DNA of 64,000 nucleotides from Hyaloraphidium curvatum SAG 235-1 (Eukaryota; Fungi; Monoblepharomycota), in contig JAIVFI010000005.1 in assembly GCA_025558095.1 (NCBI GenBank), positions 558,001 to 622,000 on the forward strand. Direction: 5' to 3'. Numbering within the stretch: the stretch's first letter is position 1; each line of letters starts with the position of its first letter. Shown here piece after piece: positions 58,893 through 64,000 of this stretch. The notes under the pieces were generated by a model. That model was not told the origin of the DNA. It made no database searches and worked only from the letters and a program-made list of their open reading frames with translations. The position numbers and the translations under genes are program-made.

Positions 58893-59155
58893 CGGGGGGT
58901 TGGGGACGAAGATTTGGCGTGCGGAGGTTCGGGTCGCTTTCGGGTCTCCCAAGGGCCGAGACCCGAAACCGCCGTCGATCAACGGATCCCGGATGCGACG
59001 TAACACGGCCGGTGCGCGGGATCAATCAGTTTTGAATCGTGATTTGTCCTGAGCCTGATGTATTGATTGAAGCTTCACGCCTGCAGACCGGCCGAACTCA
59101 GACGTGGCCGTGACGTCCGTGGCTTCCTCGCGACGATTCCACCCCGTTCCACGCC

Positions 59156-60801
59156 CTATCCAGGACACGCGCTGTTCATGGTCACTCCAACACCGAGGCT
59201 CCTCAGCACGCCCCAGAGTCCAAACGTCACCGTCGCAACGGTCACGACCAGCACGCGTATGCTCCCGAAATCGACGACGAAGCCCATGAACCGCGCGTGG
59301 GCGTCCCGTCCCTCCGACGAGACGTATCCCTCCAGGACGGCAGCGTGTTCGGAAGCCTTGCGAGCCTCGATCCCGGGGAGCAATGCGGGCGACGCGAGCA
59401 TTTCTCGGATTTCCCGCGCGGCCGAAGCGTACTCGACCGCCACGGAATCAATCTGGGAGTTCCAGGTTGCGACGCCGCGCAGCTCGATAAGGAGCATGAG
59501 GAGGCCATAGGCAGACATGACGAGCGTCCAGGCAGGAATGCACAGGCCAGAGGCCACGTACAGGGCCGCGGCAACGAGCGCGGGCAGGATCAAGGTGATG
59601 GTGATCGCACCGGTGAACAACCCTCCTCGGTGGCCGTGACGCCAGTTGGCGAGGAGGTCGGCGTGCAAGACCATATAGGTGGACCGCATGTCGACGTCGC
59701 CTCGATCCTTGCCGGCGTTGTCGGGCAGGCCGTGATCTCGAGTGCCGGCGTGGTCTTCAGCTGTTGCGTCTTCGTCGCCCCGCAGCGTCCTCCGCAATTC
59801 ACCAACGAGATCACGAAGGGAAACCTTGATCGCTCGTACGCGAACCCGCCCAACGAGGCCGTTGAGGGATGCGGAAGGTGTGACCGAGGGCACAATCTCT
59901 GGCAACTGGCCAGCGGTGACGATGACTGAAGGTTCGTCACCATCCCCTCATCACCATATCGTCGGAGGGCAAAGACGCACCATAGATCACGAGAAGCAGT
60001 GTGCCCCACCAGGAGGCAACGAGAGCCGAGCTCAACGTCACAATCGGAGTCCAGACCGACGTAATTTGCAAAAGGAAGACCAGCGATGCGCGCATGACGA
60101 GGTCCAGCGACCGGAACAGGGTATAGCGCGCCGGGATTGCGGCGCAGCAGCGCGAACACGGGCACTTTTCGTCGCCGGGCTCATGGAACATTATTCTCGA
60201 CACGTCGTCGGGCCCTGCCGCCTCCAATGCCCTGGTGTCGGGAGCGAATTCGTCGGCATTTGGCAACGTGCGGCTGGCCAGACGCCCCCAGTAGGCGAGA
60301 CCGAGGTACGGAGCTGCAACGTCTTCGACAATGCTCGAAGCCGCGCGAGCGAACGTGCGCGGGTTCCAGATGTTGAAAAAGGTCAGCCCCCCGGCCCTCC
60401 TCTCGATGCTCCTCGAAAAGAACGAGTTCAGCACGATCCGGTGAGCGCCCATTATTGCGACCGCCCATGCCAGGTGAACCGTTGAAAAGAGGCCTTCCGT
60501 GTCCAACGCGAACGAGAGCGCGTTGAGGGTCACCGCGAGCACGCCGTGAAGCGGCACCCTGACTTGTTGGATTCCGAGCGCCGGGGCCAAGAGCAGCTGC
60601 AGCCGCACGAGCCGACCCAACGCAGGCCATTTCGCGAGTTCGGGCAGCACGGTCTTAACGTTGGATTCGCCGCGGACCGAGGCGGCCGGGTCTTTGGGTG
60701 GGACGCGTCCCGAAGGGCAGGGCGACCGCGACGGGGAATGCGGCGGCCCATTCCGCGGCCGACAAGAGCGGCGGCGACGCGTCAGCTTTCTGGGCCGCCA
60801 T
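59156..60801 (-). CDS. Multi-pass membrane protein, possibly gustatory-receptor-like 7TM ion channel fold; frameshift near 60700 as assembled
   Basis: ATG 60801 frame stops at about 60655 while the TM ORF continues in another frame. Intron about 59927-59980. C-terminus ARFMGFVVDFGSIRVLVVTVATVTFGLW. Confidence 0.5.
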
Positions 60802-60921
60802 GGTAGCGATGCAGCGGGGTACGACGGGTCATTTGCTCGCGAGAATGTTCGACGGAGCACGCTTTTGACTTTGCCACACTTCAGTACTTGCGAGGACGCC
60901 GGTGACCCCAGTCCCCGGGAA

Positions 60922-63900
60922 ATGGAGCGGCTCTCCGGCCTCACGGCCGCGGCCGTCGCGGCCCGCACCGGGTCGCACTATGCCAGCCGCGCGCCGACGC
61001 TGCTCCGCAGCGGCGGCGGTCGTTGGGAGTTCACCGTGCCGGGGCAGTCGACCGGGTCCAGTTACGCGGTCGTCGTCGAAAAGGGCGCGTCCCCGGGGGC
61101 GTTTCGGGCCACATGCTCGTGCCCAGACGCGGCCGGACGGGCGCCGACGGGGATGCTCTGCAAGCACGCCGTGCGGTGCGCTTCCGAGCTTGTGGACCCG
61201 GAGGCGGGCGGGGTGGCACGAGCGCCGGACGCGGTCCCCGCGCGGCCGGCCAAGCGGAGGCGCGTCGGGTCTGTCTCCCTTGCGGACGATCAAGAAGACG
61301 AAGAGGACGATGAGGAGAAGGATGGCGAGAGCGGGGAGGACGAGGACGCATCGGAGGACGGCGACGAGGCTTCTGAGGACGGCGACGACGACCCCGAAGC
61401 CGAGATCGGCGACTGGGACGACTTTGGGGGCGACTGCACGCGTCCTGCATACGTGACCGAGCTCCGCGACGTCCTTTCGCGGTCGGAAAGCGCCGCCGCG
61501 TTCGCCTCCGACGTGCCTGTGCCGGACACCAACCCTTACCTCTCGGTCGCCGGCTTCGGCGTCGTCCCGCTCCCCCTCATCCCTCTGGTTGCCGATGCCC
61601 TCAAGCCCCATCTGGAACCCAGCAAGTTTGGGCGGGGCGCAAAGACCCTTCTCGACAAGTCGGTGCGCAACAGCCTCGAGGCGCCGCCCGACAAGCTGGC
61701 CGTTGGCAACTCCGAGTGGGACCCTGCCATCCAGCGCGCCGCGCGGCTGCTTGCAGACCACCTCGGCGTGTCAGCCACCGTCGACGTCGAAACCCAGCTC
61801 TGGAGATTGGTCCTATACGAGCCGGGAAGTTTCTTCACGGCCCACCGGGACTCGGAAAAGGCGCCGGGCATGTTTGCCACCCTTGTGCTGCAGCTCCCAT
61901 GTTCGGAGCCCCAAAGAGGAGGCGCCCTGGTCGTCTCACACGGCAGCTCGACCAAGAAGTTCGCACCGGCGGGCGACGGAGCCCAGGGCGGCAGGGCGGG
62001 CTTCGGCTTCTTTGCCGACTGCGCGCACGAGGTCGAGCGGCTAGATTCCGGCCGTCGCCTGGTGCTCATCTACAACGTCGTACGCCGCGGCACCGGCGCC
62101 GTTCCTTCCCTGCGTGGCGACGCATCCCACGACGCCGCCGTCGCGCGGATCGCGCGGTGTGCCCGGCTGGCCGCCCAGTTCGGGACGAGGTACCTGCTTT
62201 ACCCTCTCGAGCACTCCTACACGCCGGCCTCGCTGGCGCACTCGGGCGCCAGCGCTTTCAAGGGCCGGGATGCGGCCGCCTGGCGCCTCCTCTCGGATCC
62301 CGACTCTGGCTTCGCTGTCGGCGCCGCCGAGATCGAGCTCAAGGCCTCCGGGCAGGGAGACGGGTACTACGACCGCCGGTACGGCAGCAGCGAGGCCTCG
62401 ATGGACTGGCATCCGGACGACGGAGGCGAGATCGACCTTAGCAGGGGAGCGATGCTGCACGCTGCGCTCAAGGGGGTCGCGCCGGCGGTGCTTCTGGAGC
62501 CGGGAGGTGCCCCGCTGCCGGCGTTTGGGACGATGCAGATGGTCGGCTCGGACACGGACTTTTTCCGTTCGAGGGACAGGCCCAAGGATCGGCACGCGCA
62601 CTACACCGGCAACGCCAGCGTCGATGTTGGTCACCCTTGCGATCATCGGTACCTTCTCGCTGACTGTCCGTGCGCAGGTCGAGTATCAGTACCGCACCAT
62701 GGCCCTCGTACTGTTTCCTGACGACGCCGGATCCACGATCGCCGCGTGTTCCTCCGCGCCCGGCAAGCTCACCGAGCATGCACTTCGTGCGTGGCGCGTC
62801 GCACCGACCGGGTCGCAGGCCAAATTGGATGGATTGGAACTCCTGCAGAGGGCCGTGGGCGCCGGCGCTACCTCAGCCCGGGGCGATGTTGCTCTGGAGA
62901 CCCTCCGCGCACTGCCGGAACAAGTCAGCAAGGGCCCGATTGAGGAGCACCTGAAGCTGGCCCCGGCGGGAACGGCGCTCGTGATTGCCGGCGACAAAAA
63001 GCTTCTCGGCCTCGTCGGATGGCAGCGTGCGGTGGCGTGCGTGTCGGCGAGGGACATGCGGACGGATCCGGCTGGGGAGCTCGACCTCCTGCTCAAGCTG
63101 AAGGAACTCGATCCGACCCCGTCCTCTATCAAGACCGCCAAGGAACGCGAGCGGCTCGGCGCAGGCATAGTGGGCGCAATCTCGTCGGCGACGCACCCGC
63201 GCATCCTGGGCCAAATCGCCGTCAAGGCCAAGGCGTCCGGCGTCGCCGGTGGTGCGGGGATTGCAGCCGCCTGCACCGCCCTCTCGCGCATGCCCTTGCG
63301 TTGGGCCGGCGGGGCCGAGGGCGAGCTGCCCGTTTCATTCGTGGCCGTGGCCTCGCTCGCCGAGGGCGAGGACGAGCTTGGCAAGGTCGCATCGACTCTC
63401 GTGGCGGCACAACGACCGGAGCTGTTGACGGGCTGCCGCTCGCTGCGGGAAGCTTTTGCGCAGTGCGGGATCTGGGAATCGAAGATCCGCCCGGCGCTGC
63501 TCAAACTCTGCCCCGGGAGTGGGACCCGCGGCGCAGGAGGACCTCCTTCGGGGATGGCATTCCGGGAACTGCTGGACGCATGTGCGGACGATTCGGATGC
63601 GGGGAGCTTCGCCGTTGAAGCCTGCGCGATATGGGTTTCCCACGACCGCCAAGAGGCTTTCAAAGCGCTGCGCTGGGGTTCATGGTGGGCCGTGGCGCTC
63701 GCCGACTCGTTGGAATCCCTGCTCCGCGGCACGGGGCTCGACCTCGCGGTCGCCGAATGGACGGTCTCCTGCATGAGCACCGCGCCCGGCGCGGATCTCG
63801 CCCCGCTCGGCCGCGCGATCATGGCGCTCGAGGCGCAGTTCCCGCGCCCGGGGCCGGAGCCGAAAGGATGGCCTCACCTCCATGGATTGGGGCGGACTGC

Positions 63901-64000
63901 GGGGGGGCTGCCGGGCCCGGTAGCGGCGTTCCTGGGAGACGATGCTGCCGGCGCGACAAAGACCTTTGTCTTCCGCCGCAAGATGGACCGCGATCCCGTC
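60922..64000 (+). CDS. SWIM zinc finger fused to a 2OG-Fe(II) oxygenase; runs off the window end
   Basis: ATCSCPD...LCKHAV (SWIM), acidic linker, LYEPGSFFTAHRDSEK (HxD), FFADCAHEV (H), SGRRLVLIYN (R). An intron near 62626-62677 gives VEYQYRTMALVLFP. Confidence 0.85.

Noticed and set aside
1-64000. tRNA, rRNA, snRNA genes and transposon ORFs
   Set aside because: None recognised by eye. Small RNAs could have been missed without covariance-model searches.

Overview
This is gene-dense, GC-rich eukaryotic DNA with short (about 45-75 nt) GT-AG and occasional GC-AG introns. The gene content includes an EF-hand MscS channel, twinfilin, GH9, a CCDC40-like flagellar coiled-coil protein, a SWEET and a DEUBAD+RAMA protein. 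That points to an early-diverging, chytrid-grade fungus (for example Monoblepharidomycete-like), which is an inference. About 25 genes are supported, many in tight head-to-head pairs. The main structure is a near-perfect inverted duplication of about 6.2 kb (15420-21630 / 31363-37573) carrying a divergently transcribed pair of ABCG half-transporters. Its arms enclose a 9.7 kb spacer and an Argonaute gene follows. The most interesting observations are: (1) a BAP1/UCH37-type deubiquitinase head-to-head (121 bp) with its predicted DEUBAD(ASXH)-RAMA activator, a PR-DUB-like two-gene module possibly reading 6mA; (2) a collinear NELF-A-like protein, although NELF is absent from model yeasts; (3) identical palindrome arms with diverged flanks and a circularly permuted UCH relic; (4) a twinfilin ending in a WASP-type acidic DDEWD motif; (5) several catalytically altered enzymes (GH9, trypsin, MAP2K, ABCG). 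Several genes need single-base frameshift corrections, which may be assembly errors. All homology calls were made by eye from recalled motifs and no searches were run.
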